Assembly (NCBI GenBank): GCA_036785375.1
Contig: JAWMAR010000007.1
Location: forward strand, 17,174,001 to 17,238,000
DNA: 64,000 nucleotides
From: Leucoraja ocellata
Taxonomy: Eukaryota
Direction of reading: 5' to 3'
This document shows positions 49,931-63,745 of this stretch, one piece after another; the stretch's first letter is position 1, and each line of letters starts with the position of its first letter. The notes beneath the pieces are model-generated. The model had not been told where the DNA came from and did no database searches. It saw only the letters and a program-made list of their open reading frames with translations. Made by a program: the position numbers and the translations under genes.

Positions 49931-51151
49931 CTGAAGTTCTGTTTTGATAGAACGAATGAGCAGAAGTAATATAAGCTAAATAATGACATTTTAAAAGAGA
50001 TGGTTTTAGTTCAAAAGACCTGGGTATGGATTAACAACAATCCCTATGCCTCTTTCCTCACTGTAAACTAGGCAAATGATTTGTCGAGCACCTGCGTTCT
50101 GTTTGCACGGGTCACGTATTGGTTTGGACTTGAATTGTCAAATATCCACATAAGGTTATGACGAGCATTCTAAATGCAGATCTTCTGTTTAGCTGGACAT
50201 GTAACTGATTAAAATCATTATCTGAAAAATCATATTTTTAAGATACTTCAGTTATTTATTAGCTATTCCATATGGCCCTTGCCGGCTTATTTTCCTGCAT
50301 TTATGGTGTGATAATGGACGAAAAATGTTCTACACTGGAGAAATTCCTATTACCAGGTCCATCAAGTTTGTGTTCCGAGATTATATTTTAACTACTACCG
50401 CTTTCTTTAATTATTATCTTTATTGACCTCTAAAGGGAAAGTGATTAATTGAAGAGCAAAGTATTGTTCACTTGTTACAAAGAGCTCCACTAATCCCCAC
50501 AATATTTGAGCAATCTGAGTGAATATAAAGTTACAAGCACTATCGTACCATTTTGCCTCACTTCTACAATTAACTTTATTATCTTGTCTGTTCATTATTA
50601 TGCAATTGAGACTCTAGTTTTCCAAGATACACATGAAGGGAATTGTATTTCCTGTTATATTCTAGTGCATTCAGAGAATACACGGAGAGCTGGGTGTCAT
50701 TGTAAAGCCAGTAATTTACTAAGCTCCATAAATGATGCTGAGGAAATTATCCTGTGATATGTTTTATGAAGAATGTAATATACAGTGTTAAAATATTTAG
50801 ACCTACTATGTACTTCACTGTCCATATAAGACTGTTGGTTAAAACAGTTTCTTTATCAAAGTGTTATAGGATCTTGACTCCTGACATTTCCACAATTTAT
50901 ATTACATTGCGCGTTGAATACCAGAAGAGCAGTATGGTGAAAATGTAGGGCGAATTGTTTATATGAACAGTAATGTGATAAATATGATGGATATTAACAA
51001 AGCAGTGTTATTTAAAATATTAGTTCAATGTGGAATTGTTTACCAAAGCCTGTCACTTCAATATGGTGGACCCAATGCACTGTGAAATGTTTCTGAACAA
51101 GCTTAGTCATAATTGATAATTACCTCTGCCTTATTTTTTCTGTTTTGCTAG

Positions 51152-51304
51152 AACTTAACCCAGACTTTTACGGACATTTACCAGCTGGCTAGCTCCAGGG
51201 TTACCGCTCTGGAAGCAGAAATTGCTTCACATCAAAAACACATTGGGGCTCTTAAATCAGAACTTCAGACGGCATGCCTGCGTGAAAATAATGCCTTAGT
51301 TCCA
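51152..51304 (+). CDS. CCDC171: Coding exon of CCDC171-like gene (NLTQTFTDIYQLASSRVTALEAEIASHQKHIGALKSELQTACLRENNALVP)
   Basis: Acceptor ttattttttctgttttgctag, donor gtaagt; 153 nt, phase 0/0, in frame with the 32073 exon. Motif HI.ALKSEL.TACLREN recalled from CCDC171. Too short to appear in the ORF track. Confidence 0.85.
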
Positions 51305-52150
51305 GTAAGTTCCTGTTTTCACACATAACAGTTTACAGGTAGGTCGTTGGTAAATTATCAGCAGCAGATGTATGAAGACCACGCTCAATGTAATCTAAGT
51401 AAATATTTATACTTATGTGACAGTTATCATCATCAGAATATTGTAGGAAGATGTATTTTTATTTGTTACTTGATATACAGTATATGCATTGAAAAAGTAT
51501 AAATTTACACAGATCATACTTGTTAGGACTAGGAAAAGTAATGGAGACCATTTACCTGCTGTCAGGAAGTGCTTCATAATATACTAAATGTTATATTGGT
51601 GACTACGTTGATCCAGATATCTGCCATTCGCCTGTTTCCAGACTGCTAAATGGGCAAGTACCATTCCATTGTGACAAACAGAAAAAGCACATTATTATGA
51701 GCCATAATATTAAAGCCAAAATTAGACTTTAAGTTGCCATACCTGAAATAATGTGATGGGGTTTTCATCGCCCCATACTGGTTGGAGCATTGGTTCACAG
51801 TAGTCAGTCTGATTGGTAATGAGCACCAGCTAATTTCTGAAACTCATCAACACAATGAAGATAAAGCTGAAGGCTTAAAAAATGAATCTGACATTCCTCT
51901 GACAAAAAAAATGACCACTCAAAATTTGTAGGCCATAATTTAAAAATTCAATGAAAAAGTTAAGCAACTATCTCTTATTTGTCTTTATCAGTCAAATTGT
52001 TTCATTTATTTATGGCCCAGTATCCTGGTTCTCATCTTTAAATTTTTCTCATTAAAATAAAAGGATAATAATCAACAGAATACTGTCATAGCATTTCTCA
52101 CAGTTGTTAGGATAACTGGCTATTTTTTATATAGTTTTAATACAGTTTCC

Positions 52151-53617
52151 GGGGTTGCACAGTGGCACAGCGGTAGGGTTGCTGCCTTAGAGCGCCAGAG
52201 ACCCGGGTTCAATCTAGACTCCGGGTGCTGTCTGTACCTAATTCGTACGTTCTTCCTGTGACCGCGTGGGTTTTCTCCAGGTGCTCCGCTTTACTCCAAC
52301 AGTCCATAGATGTACAGGTTTGCAGGTTAATTGGCTTCTGTAAATTGTCCCTAGAGTGTAGGGTAGAACTAGTGTATGGGTGATTTTTGGTCGATGTGGA
52401 TTGTTGGGCCGAAGGGCATGTTTTCACGTATCTCTAAAACCTAAAGTGCAGCTGTCTCACAACTCCGGCGACCGTGTTCAATTATGACATCTGCTGCTGC
52501 CTGTGTAGAGTTTGCGTGTTTTCCCTGCAACTGTGCGTACTTCCGCTGATGTCTTCCCACATCCCAAGTGCTGGTTGTAAGCGGGATGATAGAAGAATAA
52601 GGGGGTAGATGATGGGCACGTGTGAGAGAATAGATTACAGGAGAGTAAGTGGGGAATGAGAATGCTGGGATTACAGTGGTGGAGTGGTAGAGCTGCTGCC
52701 TCACAGGCCAGAGGCCCGGATTCAATCCTGATGTGCTGTCTGTGTGGTGTTTGCACATTCTCTCTGTGGCCACGTGGATTTCCTCAGTGCTCCGGTTTCC
52801 TCCCACATACCAAAGATGTCAGGGTTTGTATGTTATTTAGCCTCTGCAAACTTTCTTAGTGTGTAGAGGGTGTATGAGAAAGTGGGATAACCTTAGAACT
52901 AGTGTGCACAGGTCGGTGTGGACTCAGTGGGCCGATAGTCGGTGTGAGCTAAAGGCAGTGGCGTAGGGTGGGTTTTGAGCGCCCGGGGCAGTTTAAAGTT
53001 TTGTGCCTCCTCATTAGCGAGGGGGGGGGGAGAGGGGGAGAAGGGAAGGGGGAAGGGGGGAAGGGGAATGGGAAGGGGAAGGAGAAAGGGAAAGGGGAGG
53101 GGAAGGGGAAGGAACACATTTTTGGTCTCTTCCTTCGGGGGATGCGACTTCTTTTGTCGTATCCCCTGTCTCCGCCTGCGCCGAGGCCTAATGGCGGAGC
53201 TGGCAGCCTCGGAGCTGTGGCAGAGGCAGCGGCGGCTGGGACAGCAGCAGCGGCGACCAGAACTCAGAGCAGGGACAGCGACAGCGGCGGCCTGGCCTCG
53301 GAGCTGGGGCGGCGGCAGCGGCGGCCTGGCCCGCGCTGTTGTTATACTCACAGCTCCAGGTAACCCCCTCCTCGCTCCAACGGCTTCCCGGGCCTCTGTA
53401 GAAGCAAGCCCCGCGCTGTTTTTATACTCACAGCTCCAGGTAACCCCTCCTCGCTCCAACGGCTCCCCGAGCCTCTTAATTTTATTTAAAAAATTTATCC
53501 AACAATTTTTTTGCACCCCTAAAAATTTAGCGCCCGGGGCAACTGCCCCTCTGGCCCCCCCCCACGCTACGCCACTGGCTAAAGGGCCTGTTTCCATGTT
53601 GTATCGCTAAACTAAAC
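52151..53617 (+). mobile_element. Cluster of tRNA-SINEs (52151-52445, partial 52447-52570, and 52669-53617 interrupted by hAT)
   Basis: Repeated A/B-box heads and V-domains. Confidence 0.8.
52956..53577. mobile_element. Non-autonomous hAT DNA transposon
   Basis: TIR CAGTGGCGTAG(G/C)GTGGG; perfect 8-bp TSD GCTAAAGG (52948-52955, 53578-53585); inserted in a SINE tail. Confidence 0.9.
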
Positions 53618-54177
53618 CGGTATAAACACAATGAACTGAATAGTCTCCCAAGTCATGTGAATATAAAGAGATACATTTCACTCAATTTCGGACTGAATTT
53701 TAAAGGCACAATACTGTGTTTTGACTGTGGCATGCTTATTGTTGGCACTTGGGGATACATTTCTAGGCATATGTAGTTATAGCTGAGATGCTTTTGATTC
53801 TTAGCCTTCAGTTTTAGATAATATTACGTTATGAATTTTAGAAAATAAGAATGTATATTTTTTTGCTGATTAAACTTTAATTCCCTTACCTGGATGACAA
53901 TGATTTGGTCTTTATGGAGGTAATTGCAATTCATTTCAATGGCTCAGTTAGATTTCCCATTTATTGTTTGCACTGTGGTAGATAAGGGAATTATTTTGGG
54001 CATGATTTACTGTATTTTACAAATTTGAGCAAGAATTGTGAATATTCACAAAATTGTGCTTTGTGAGAAAATTTCAATATAACATTTGAAAATGAAAATT
54101 GAATTCCATGCTATTAGCCCATAAACTACAAAAATAATCTCACATTGTGAAATTTAATGTTAATTATCTAGCACTTT

Positions 54178-55010
54178 CATAGAACATAGAACAGAGCAGC
54201 ACACAGAGGCCCTTCAGCCCACAATGTCTATGCTGAATATGATGCCAAACTGAACTAATTTCCTCTGCATGGATATGATCCATCTCCCCACATTCTCTGC
54301 AAATCATTGTGCTTATCTAAAAGCCTCTTAAATGCCACTATCTTGTCTACTTCCACCACCACCTATGGGAGATACCACCTACCCCTCTTTGTGTAAAAAA
54401 AATTGGCCAAAACTACTTACTTAAACGTATACGTTTTGACATTTCTACCATGGGAAAAAGATTCTGACTGTTTACCCCATCTATGACTCATGATTTTACA
54501 TACATCAGGTCTCCCATCAATCTCTGATGCTCGAGAGAAAACAACTCAAGTTTTTCCAAACTGTCCTTGTAGCTAATACCATCTAATTAATGAATCTCAT
54601 CTGCACCTGCGCTAAAGCCTCTATTTTCTCTAGAATTGGCCAACCAGAACACTTAATACTCCAAATGTGGCATTACCAAAGTTTCACAAAACTGAACGTG
54701 GCTTCCTGACTCTTACACTCAAAGCCCCGACAAATGAAGGCAAGCATACCATATGCTTTCTTTACCACTTTATCTACTGGTGTTGCCACTTTCAGGGACC
54801 TACGGACTTGGAGTCCTAAATCCCTCTGTACGTCAAGATTGTTATAGGTTTTGCTATTACCTGTATATTTTCCCTTTACTTTCGACCTCCCAAAGTGCAA
54901 ACTTTACACTTGTTTGGCATAAATTCCATTTGCCATTTTTCCACCAATATCTGTAACTAATTTATATCCCACTGTATCCCTAGACAGCCTTCCTCACTGT
55001 CTGCAAACTT
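54178..55010 (-). mobile_element. CR1 3' fragment
   Basis: QRDLGLQV..VDKVVKKAYGMLAFI and CR1 tail. Confidence 0.75.
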
Positions 55011-57533
55011 AAAAGCTGCCGTGTAGTGCTCTAAGCTAGTTATTATAAAATAGGCCTGGATTTAAGTGCCCAAGTTCCTTGCTGATCTTCATTGATATCA
55101 TGCACCTACTTTTTCTGCATCAGGAAAAGTAACCTTTCCACCTGAGACTGTTTGTGAGCTGTAAGGTGAGACTGGTATCATGACGTAAAACAAGAAGTAC
55201 AACTAAATTCCTCCAGGGACCATTAGCTGATGAAATAAAAGCTCCAATATTTTGCTATCTGTCAAAGCTGTTGTTTTTTCAAATCTCTCTTAATGCAAGG
55301 CATTCCAAAATATTTGTAAGGAGTGAAACAAACAGTTAAACAATTTAAAGCATTACTATATATTCAAATAATGAAAATCAAACATAATCTAGATTATTAC
55401 TTTTCTTCCTCATAGCCTTGACATCTCAATTGAAATTAATGGTCTTGCAGATCCTGCTTTAGGATCGGAGAGCCGATTCCCAGGGATAACAGCTGGGAAA
55501 TTAAGGCAAGCTCCTGCTCCACTGTTCTGCTCCACACAGTCTAGCAGTGAAGTGCCGCCATGAGATCACCATCATGCTTGGCCAGCAAGTTCAGGACATC
55601 CGCATTCACATGGGAGTTCCAAACTTGTCTGCACTTACAAGAACAAATTCCAGCAGTTCCGCTTTGCAAAATCCAAGCCATGGTTTTTTTTGCATTGGAA
55701 ATTAATTCAAATTTAGTTTCTAGATGGGAAAAAGGAGGAATGAGTTGAAAAATTAAATCCATTTAAATCCAAATTCAGAATTGGTGGCAGGAAATACATT
55801 GTACACTAAGTGTACAAGTGTACATAAAATTAGCTTCTGAATAAAGTAGAGCAACAGCATCTTACAATTCTATAACATTTTAATATATTACAACGGCTCA
55901 ATGTGCTTTTACAAGTGTGTTATCAATTTGCTGTTACCAATGATTCGCATCTGCATCATAATTAAAAATGTTCAGCCTTTATATTCATATTTTTCCATGG
56001 TCTTAACATCCCATCTCTAGAATCTTCCTGGTTGAACAAACATGGATTGTCTGAGGTTGGGGGGAGATCTGATAGAAGTATATACATTTGTGGGAGATAT
56101 AGATAAGGTAGACAGTTGGACCCTTTTCCAAAGATGAAAATATCAAAGTGTCAAGGCATAGTTTTGTGGTCAGAGGGGGTGAATTTAATGGATATGTAAG
56201 AGTAGTGGGTGCCTGGAATGCACTGCCAGGGGTGGCGGTGGAAGCAGATAAGATGGTGGTATTTAAGAGGCTTTTAGATAGGCATATGAATATACAGGGA
56301 TTTGAGGGATATGGATCACATGCAGATAGAGGAGATTAGTTTAACATGGCATCATGTTCGGACAGACAATGTGTTCCAATGTATGTTAGCATGAAAGGAG
56401 GATTTGTGGTTACTTCAAAAAACATAATCAGATTTGTAAGACACGATCTCCCACGTACAAACCATGCTGATTATCCCTAATCAGCGCCTATCTAAATCCA
56501 TATATATCTTATGTCATAAGGAATAATTAGGCCATTCGACTCATCAAGTCTACTCCGCCATTCATTCATGGCTGATCCATCTCTCCTTCCAAACCCCATT
56601 CTCCTGCCTTCTCCCCATAACCTCTGATACCTGTACTAATCAAGAATCCATCTATCTCTGCTGTAAAAATATCCACTGATGGCCTCCACAGCCTGTGGCA
56701 AATAATTCCACAGATTTACCACCCTCTGACTAAATACAAGTCTCCTCATCTCCTGAGGCTATAACTTCTAGTCCTAGACTCTCCCATTAGTGGAAACATC
56801 CTCTCCACATCCACTTTATCCAAGCCTTTCATTCTTCTATATGTTTCAATGTGGCCCCCCCTCATTCGTCTAAACTCCAGCTAGTACAGGCCCACTGCCG
56901 ACAAACACTCATCATAGATTAATGGACTCATTCCTGGAATCATTCTTATAAACCTCCAGAGTCAGCACATCCTTCCTCAGATATGGTGCCCAAAATTGCT
57001 TACATCCTTAAGAATCCTGTCCAGTAGCTTGCCTACTACAGATGTTAGACTCACTGGTGTAACAGGACATGTTAGTAGGTTATTATGCAGATTTTATGTC
57101 ATCTTAGTTCATTCAGCGTTAAAGATTTTACAAGTATAATAAGTGATGTTACCAGTGATTCCATGGTTAGCATCTATATCATTATTTTAATTTTTTTGTC
57201 CTGTGCATTCAAATCTTTCCATGGCGTCAACCCATCTAATTTCTAGAATCATCCCAGCCTATCATCTAATCAGAGAAACTTGCACTCTATTTCCTTTTAC
57301 AATGTCAAAGTGCTTAAGAGCTGGAGGTACATTTTTTAAAGTGTTGTCAGTTATAATTTAGGATTCAGATTAATTTATTAATAAACATCAGGATGTAATT
57401 ATAATCCTAGTTTGCATGAAACTCATAAAGTACACTGATCATCACAATAAATGCAACGATGAACGCAAAACAGCAGAATAGTACAAAGTTTGCAATGCCA
57501 TCTGAAGTAGTGTAAAAAAAACTAAAGTACTAT

Positions 57534-57898
57534 TGTAGAGGCACCAAATGCGGTGACAAATTTGTTACTTTATTCAGGCATAATAGGTTTGTTATATATG
57601 CACGTTGGTCCTCTAACACAAAGTTGTTGTTGCTGCTGCGAGGCTGGCACCTCGTGGGCTCGAGCTGAGCCTCTACTGAGGTGGATGAACACTCACCAGT
57701 AGAGAGAAGAGAGCTGGTCAGCTTGAAGTAAGAGAGAGAGAAGAGAGTGAGGGGGTTGTCCCGGGGTTGGTTATATATACCAGGACACACCCCTCCCTAT
57801 ACCCTTCGACAACTCATCCCTGCCATTGCCCACATGACCCGACCCCCGACAGCTGAGGGTTTGTGTAGCTAGTGGCCCAACCACTGTGTGCCGCCACA
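57534..57898 (-). mobile_element. Solo LTR (Gypsy-like, 365 bp)
   Basis: TGT...ACA ends, 4-bp TSD CTAT, minus-strand TATA (~57771) and AATAAA (~57568). Confidence 0.7.
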
Positions 57899-59731
57899 CT
57901 ATAATGGAATGACATAATGAGGGAGAATTGAGAGTGAGGGTACGTTGCAGCACCTCTGGCAAGCGGATGTGTAATAGGTGATTGGTTCAAGAGTCTCATA
58001 GCAGAAGCTCATATATCTTCTCCCAGATGGTAGTAGAGAGAAAAGGGAATGGCCAGGGTGGCAGGCATACTTGACAATAATGCCTCGCTTCCTGATGCAA
58101 CGCACTGTGAACACTGTAATAGAAGGAAATTATGACCCTGTGATGGAATGGGCTGTGTTCACCAATCTCTGCAGGTCCACGGGATCAAGATCAGCCGTTG
58201 CCTTTCCAAGATGCATCTCATTAGAGTACTTTCTACAGTGCATCTCTCGAAGCTTTAGGGAATCCTTGTAGACATGCCAAATCTTCACAGATACCTCAAA
58301 AAATAAATGCGCCAATGCGCCTTCTTGATAAACACATCTGTGTGATGTCACCACGTTAGGTTGCTAGTGCTATTGACGCCTAGAAATTTGAAGTTATCAA
58401 CAATCTCTACAGCTCTATGGATATTCAATCCCCCGTTTCCATAGTTCAACAATCAATTCTTTCATCTTGCTGACATTAATGGTTGTTGCTGGCCTGACAC
58501 CATGAAACGCAGTTCCTGATCTATTTCCTATACTCCGCTTATCAAGTTGGGGTTATTACCTGGCTACACAGCCATCCGTGCTCATGAAGAAGAGCAGGAG
58601 ACTGCACAGACAACCTAGAGAAATACCAGTGTTGAAGGAAATATTACGACTAATTCTAACCATGATATTTGTCGTTCAGGAAGTCCAGAAGCCAGTGCAA
58701 AAGAAGGCTCCAAGATACAGAAATTTAGAGATGAGCAATTCAGCATTATGGTGTTCAAGGCTGAGCTATAGGCAATGTGTAACACACTGACTTGGTGTTC
58801 GTATTGTCAAGGTGACCCTGAACTGAATGTAGTTGAAGGAAGATGGTGTTTTCTGTAGAATTATTTTTCCTGCACGCAAATGTGGGTCGTTACCAATCTT
58901 GCAAAGCACCATTATAATTGATGTAAGAGCTACTGGGTGGTAGTCATTGCGACAGGGCACTTCACGTTTCATGGGAACTGGAATAATAGAGGTTTCCTTA
59001 AAGCAGATGGGACCAGTAAACTGTTGAAGAGAGAGGTTGAAAATGTCAGTGAAGACTGACCACTTGATTAGTGCATGATTTCAAAACTCACTCATGGATT
59101 TCATCTTGGCTGGTTGCTTTCTGAGAGTTTACCCTCATGAAAACAGACCTAACCTGCTACTGCAACATGTGGGACAGAACTAGAAGGGGATGGGAATCTT
59201 GGTGGAACTTAGTTTGCCTGTTTAAAATGGATGTAAAAGGTACTAGGCTCATCTGGTAGAGATGAGCTGTTGCCAGAAATTGCCCCCGATTTCAGCTTGA
59301 GGTCTGTGATGCTATTCAGGCTCTGCCACAGTTGCCTGGCATTCACCTGATTGAATTGAGCCTCTATGAGTCTGTGACTGTCATACTTGGCCTTCTTATA
59401 CAGGCTCTTGAAAGGATTTAGCAGAGAGTGAATCTCCCAGTTCATCCAAGGTTTCTGGTTAGGGTAAGCTTAATTGTATTTGGTTGGACCCGGTCGAGAA
59501 AGCATTTCTCGAAGAAACCAGTCACGATCTGAGGTATGGCTCGAAGAAGTAATCTTTAACATGTCCCAATCCACCAACTCGAGACAGTCCTGAAGATCAT
59601 TGGAGCCTTGCAATTCAATCTCTGTCTGCAATCCGGTAGGAGCAGTCACAACAGATGACCAGACTGATCAAAATGAGGGCAAGGTTTGGAGCCACGGGCA
59701 TGCTTGATAGTGGTGTAGCAGTGCTCTAGAG

Positions 59732-60443
59732 CAGGCGGCTCCAAACTTTTCAGCATGAGGGTCACATTATATATTTGGTACATTTTNNNNNNNNNNNNNN
59801 NNNNNNNNNNNNNNNNNNNNNNNNNNNNNNNNNNNNNNNNNNNNNNNNNNNNNNNNNNNNNNNNNNNNNNNNNNNNNNNNNNNNNNNNNNNNNNNNNNNN
59901 NNNNNNNNNNNNNNNNNNNNNNNNNNNNNNNNNNNNNNNNNNNNNNNNNNNNNNNNNNNNNNNNNNNNNNNNNNNNNNNNNNNNNNNNNNNNNNNNNNNN
60001 NNNNNNNNNNNNNNNNNNNNNNNNNNNNNNNNNNNNNNNNNNNNNNNNNNNNNNNNNNNNNNNNNNNNNNNNNNNNNNNNNNNNNNNNNNNNNNNNNNNN
60101 NNNNNNNNNNNNNNNNNNNNNNNNNNNNNNNNNNNNNNNNNNNNNNNNNNNNNNNNNNNNNNNNNNNNNNNNNNNNNNNNNNNNNNNNNNNNNNNNNNNN
60201 NNGCCACCGCCACCGCTGTCGCCTATCTTCACTGTCCCCCGGGGGCATTGACGGTAACCTGTCAGCAGCTGCACACAAACCCTCAACTTGATAGCCTACG
60301 GCAAATTGACGTGTAAATTCCCGCGCTACCACAGAACCCGCTAAATAGCCCGCCGCACGGAACGTGTTAAGTGCTTGCCGCAGGCCGGATAAATCTCGTG
60401 GCGGACCGGATGTGGCCCGTGGTCCATAGTTTGGAGACCCCTG
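59732..60443. mobile_element. Non-autonomous hAT (Charlie-like) transposon spanning an assembly gap
   Basis: TIR caggcggctccaaact / agtttggagacccctg; TSD ctctagag / cactagag. Confidence 0.8.
59787..60201. other. Assembly gap
   Basis: Run of N. Confidence 1.
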
Positions 60444-61119
60444 CACTAGAGTATCGACATTACTTAACGGACAGGAGACCTGCTGATTGTATTTAGAGAG
60501 TATGTTCATGAAGTTTGCTTGATTGAACTTCAGGGCTTGCTATCTCAAGAGAGTTGGTCCAGGTATAATTTGTTCCAAGGTTGGTGGTAGGGGTCGAGAT
60601 GCTCTCAACATTTAAGATGTATCTAGTTGAGCATTTGCATTGTCTAGGCGTACGCTACATTACAAGTGCTGATAAATGGGATTACTCCTAATGCATACTT
60701 CATGGGCATTATGGGTTGAACAGCCTGTATCTCTGCTATATGACTCTGATTCCATTGAACATTTTACATAAATAATATTTATATTTGTTTTACATTCTAA
60801 TGTTTTTTTCTGTTTATCCATATAACATTGTTGCTCTTAAATGTTTTGAATGTCAGAAATGTATGGTTTAACAGCTTTAACTGTTCTGCATTGTGGTCGG
60901 CCATTTCGGCAGACCCTCGAGATTGACTACAATTTATTTCCGGTCTAGCATGTGGATTATGAAATGAGGGAACTGCAGATTCTTCCACAGATGAGGATGG
61001 TGATGCCGGATGGGAGGCATGGGTGGCTAGTGTATGAAGCAGTCTTCTCTTACCTTCATTAATGCAGGATTTTTCTGTGTTCCTTGTACTTGGCCTTGAT
61101 ATTTTCAACACCTCGTTCA

Positions 61120-61426
61120 ATTAGGTTAGTTTAGAGATACAGCGTGGATTCAGGCCTTTCAGCCCATAGTGTCACCCATACCCATAGTGTCATCAATGAT
61201 CACCCAAACACTAGTTCTATCCAACACACTAAGGACAATTTACAGAAGCCAATTTAACCTACAAACCCGCACATCTTTCGCATGTGGAAGGAAATGAGAA
61301 GACCCTTGTGTAGAGAAAACCCTTGCTGTCGCAGGGAGAACGTGCAAACTCCACACAGGCAGCACCTGTAATGATCGAACTCAGGTCTCTGGCATTGTAA
61401 GGCAGCAACCCTACCTCTGCACCACT
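61120..61426 (-). mobile_element. tRNA-derived SINE (HE1/V-SINE-like)
   Basis: Reverse-complement head (agtggcgcagaggtagggttgctgcc) and tail. Confidence 0.8.
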
Positions 61427-61469
61427 ATTTCACTCCACTGTTTATGGGCCAAGAGTCGGTGGGGGGATT

Positions 61470-61960
61470 GCATTTTTTCAATAAAGCTTCAATCACATCC
61501 TTGAATCTTTACCTTTGTCCCCCTGGTAATCTCTTCCCATGACAGAGCTTCAAATAAAATGGCTGTTTTGACAGTCAGCTATAGTGCAAGTGCAGGATAC
61601 GTCATACACTTGCACAATACCTGATTCAAATGAAAACAGCTGAATGTAACCAGAGCGTCAATATTGATGTTGGTCTGGGAGGGTAATTAACATTTGTAGC
61701 ATAGATCAGGTTGAAGAACGGCCACAACACAAAACATTGTGCATCCATTTTCCTTTACAGATGACACCTGACCCTTTACGTTCCTTCAGCATTTTATTAT
61801 TTGCTTAACATTTGTTCACTTTTCTTGGCTGTGAATTTGTAATATTTAAAAAGTAATGTTGGTATTTTAGTAATGTGGTTGCTCTCGGTAGTTCACATCT
61901 CAGAAGTACGGAGGGATTATTACAGAGGGGAGGGGGTGGAATAATATTTAACCATCAAAG
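61470..61960 (-). pseudogene. Old RTE-clade LINE remnant
   Basis: Reverse complement encodes a GKRLPGGQR.RFKDVIEA-like RTE motif. Confidence 0.5.
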
Positions 61961-62629
61961 CATTTCTGACATTTATTTCCAGTACTGTTTTGAACTTTGG
62001 TGATCATACTGGAGCTGGTTGCAATGTAGAAAACTGCATGGATAGGAATATTTTAGAGGGATAATGGCATATGCAGGCAAATGGGACAAGCTCAAATAGA
62101 TACTTAAGTCGGCATGGACGAGTTGGGATGAAGGGCTTGTTTCCACACAGTATGACTACTGACAAGCACTAAAAAATGGGAGGATATCATCAAAATGAAA
62201 CTATGATTGGCTTTTTTCAATACAGACTTAAAGTGCACGTGGGCATGTTGAACTGAACATGAAGGACTGTCATGTGGAAATTCGCTACATTAGCACTGTC
62301 TCAGGAATTATGTGTCAGCATCACCCAATCATGGATGAAGGGAAACAGCTACATCATTGAGATAAATAAAGTATTGACAACAGAATTATTGACCTTGAGT
62401 TGAAAGTATCCTTGCCATTTTAAATGGTGTACTATTCGTTCTACTGTTGCATAGAACACGGAGTCATGTAAACAGGCCATTCTGCCCAACAGATCCAGAC
62501 TGTACTGAAGCCTCATCCCACTTTTTCATCTCCCTCTGTGAACATATCATTTTCTTTCTATCTTGAGCGTTTATCCTGCTCCTCAATGGCAATTCTACTC
62601 TTCTTCGGAATCACTTCCTGTGAGAGTGA

Positions 62630-63512
62630 GATACATAGATACATAGAAAATAGGTGCAGGAGTAGGCCATTCGGCCCTTCGTGCCTGCACCGCCATTCAA
62701 TATGATCATGGCTGATCATCCAACTGAGTAGCCCGTACCTGCCTTCTCTCCATACCCCCTGATTCCTTTAGCCACAAGGGCCACATCTAACTCCCTCTTA
62801 AATATAGCCAATGAACTGGCCTCAACTACCTTCTGTGGCAGAGAGTTCCAGAGATTCACCACTCTCTGTGTGAAAAATGTTTTTCTCATCTCGGTCGGAA
62901 AGGATTTCCCCTCTATCCTTAATCTGTGACCCCTTGTCCTGGACTTCCCCAACATCGGGAACAATGTTCCTGCATCTAGCCTGTCCAACCCCTTAAGAAT
63001 TTTGTAAGTTTCTATAAGATCCCCTCTCAATCTCCTAAATTCTAGCGAGTACAAGTCGAGTCTATCCAGTCTTTCTTCATATGAAAGTCCTGACATCCCA
63101 GGAATCAGTCTGGTGGATCTTCCCTGCACTCCCTCTTTGGCAAGAATGTCTTTCGTCAGATTTGGAGACCAAAACTGTACGCAATACTCCAGGTGTGGTC
63201 TCACCAAGACCCTGTACAACTGCAGTTGAACCTCCCTGCTCCTATACTCAAATTATTTTGCTATGAATGCCAACATACCATTCGCTTTCTTCACTGCCTA
63301 CTGCACCTGCATTCCTACTTTCAATGACATGACAGGTGTACCATGACACCCAGGTCTCGTTGCATCTCCCCTTTTCCTAATCGGCCACCATTTAGATAAT
63401 AGACTGCTTTCCTGTTTTTGCCACCAAAGTGGATAACCTCACATTTATCCACATTATACTGCATCTGCCATACATTTGCCCACTCACCCAGCCTATCCAA
63501 GTCACCTTGCAG
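62630..63512 (-). mobile_element. Young CR1 3' fragment
   Basis: 167-aa open frame LVRPHLEYCVQFWSP..RGDLIETYKIL..TRGH. Confidence 0.9.
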
Positions 63513-63554
63513 TATTCACCATTCCCACAGTATAGAATCTATAGACACAGTATA

Positions 63555-63745
63555 GAACCTATCATTTGCCAGGCTTTGTCCCGTCCCCCCCGTCCCCCCA
63601 CCTCTTTTCCAACCTCCTCCTTCCCAACTACAATTAATCTGAAGAAGGGTCCCAACCTGAAATGTCACCTATGCTTGTTCTTCAGGGATGTTGCTTGGCC
63701 CGTGGAGTTACTCCAGCACTTTTGTAAACCAGCATCTACAACAGT
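63555..63745 (+). repeat. Penelope 3' fragment with decayed hammerhead
   Basis: ctgaagaagggtcccaacctgaaatgtcacc followed by the tail gagttactccagca. Confidence 0.65.

Larger units (their letters stand above)
57360..60530 (-). pseudogene. Old Rex1-type LINE, interrupted by the solo LTR and hAT element
   Basis: Decayed peptides LFSLLPSGRRY, LQRLVNTAHSITG, NDYHPVALTSIIM, RQLWQSLNSIT. Confidence 0.7.

Noticed and set aside
52899-53610. 232-aa and 211-aa ORFs
   Set aside because: Low-complexity GC-rich MITE interior with no transposase motifs.
55124-55160. 37-nt AG..GT micro-exon candidate
   Set aside because: Gives an immediate stop in phase 0 after the 51152 exon; no other support.
59646-60509. 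ORFs containing X runs (also 45174-45636)
   Set aside because: Artefacts of N gaps.
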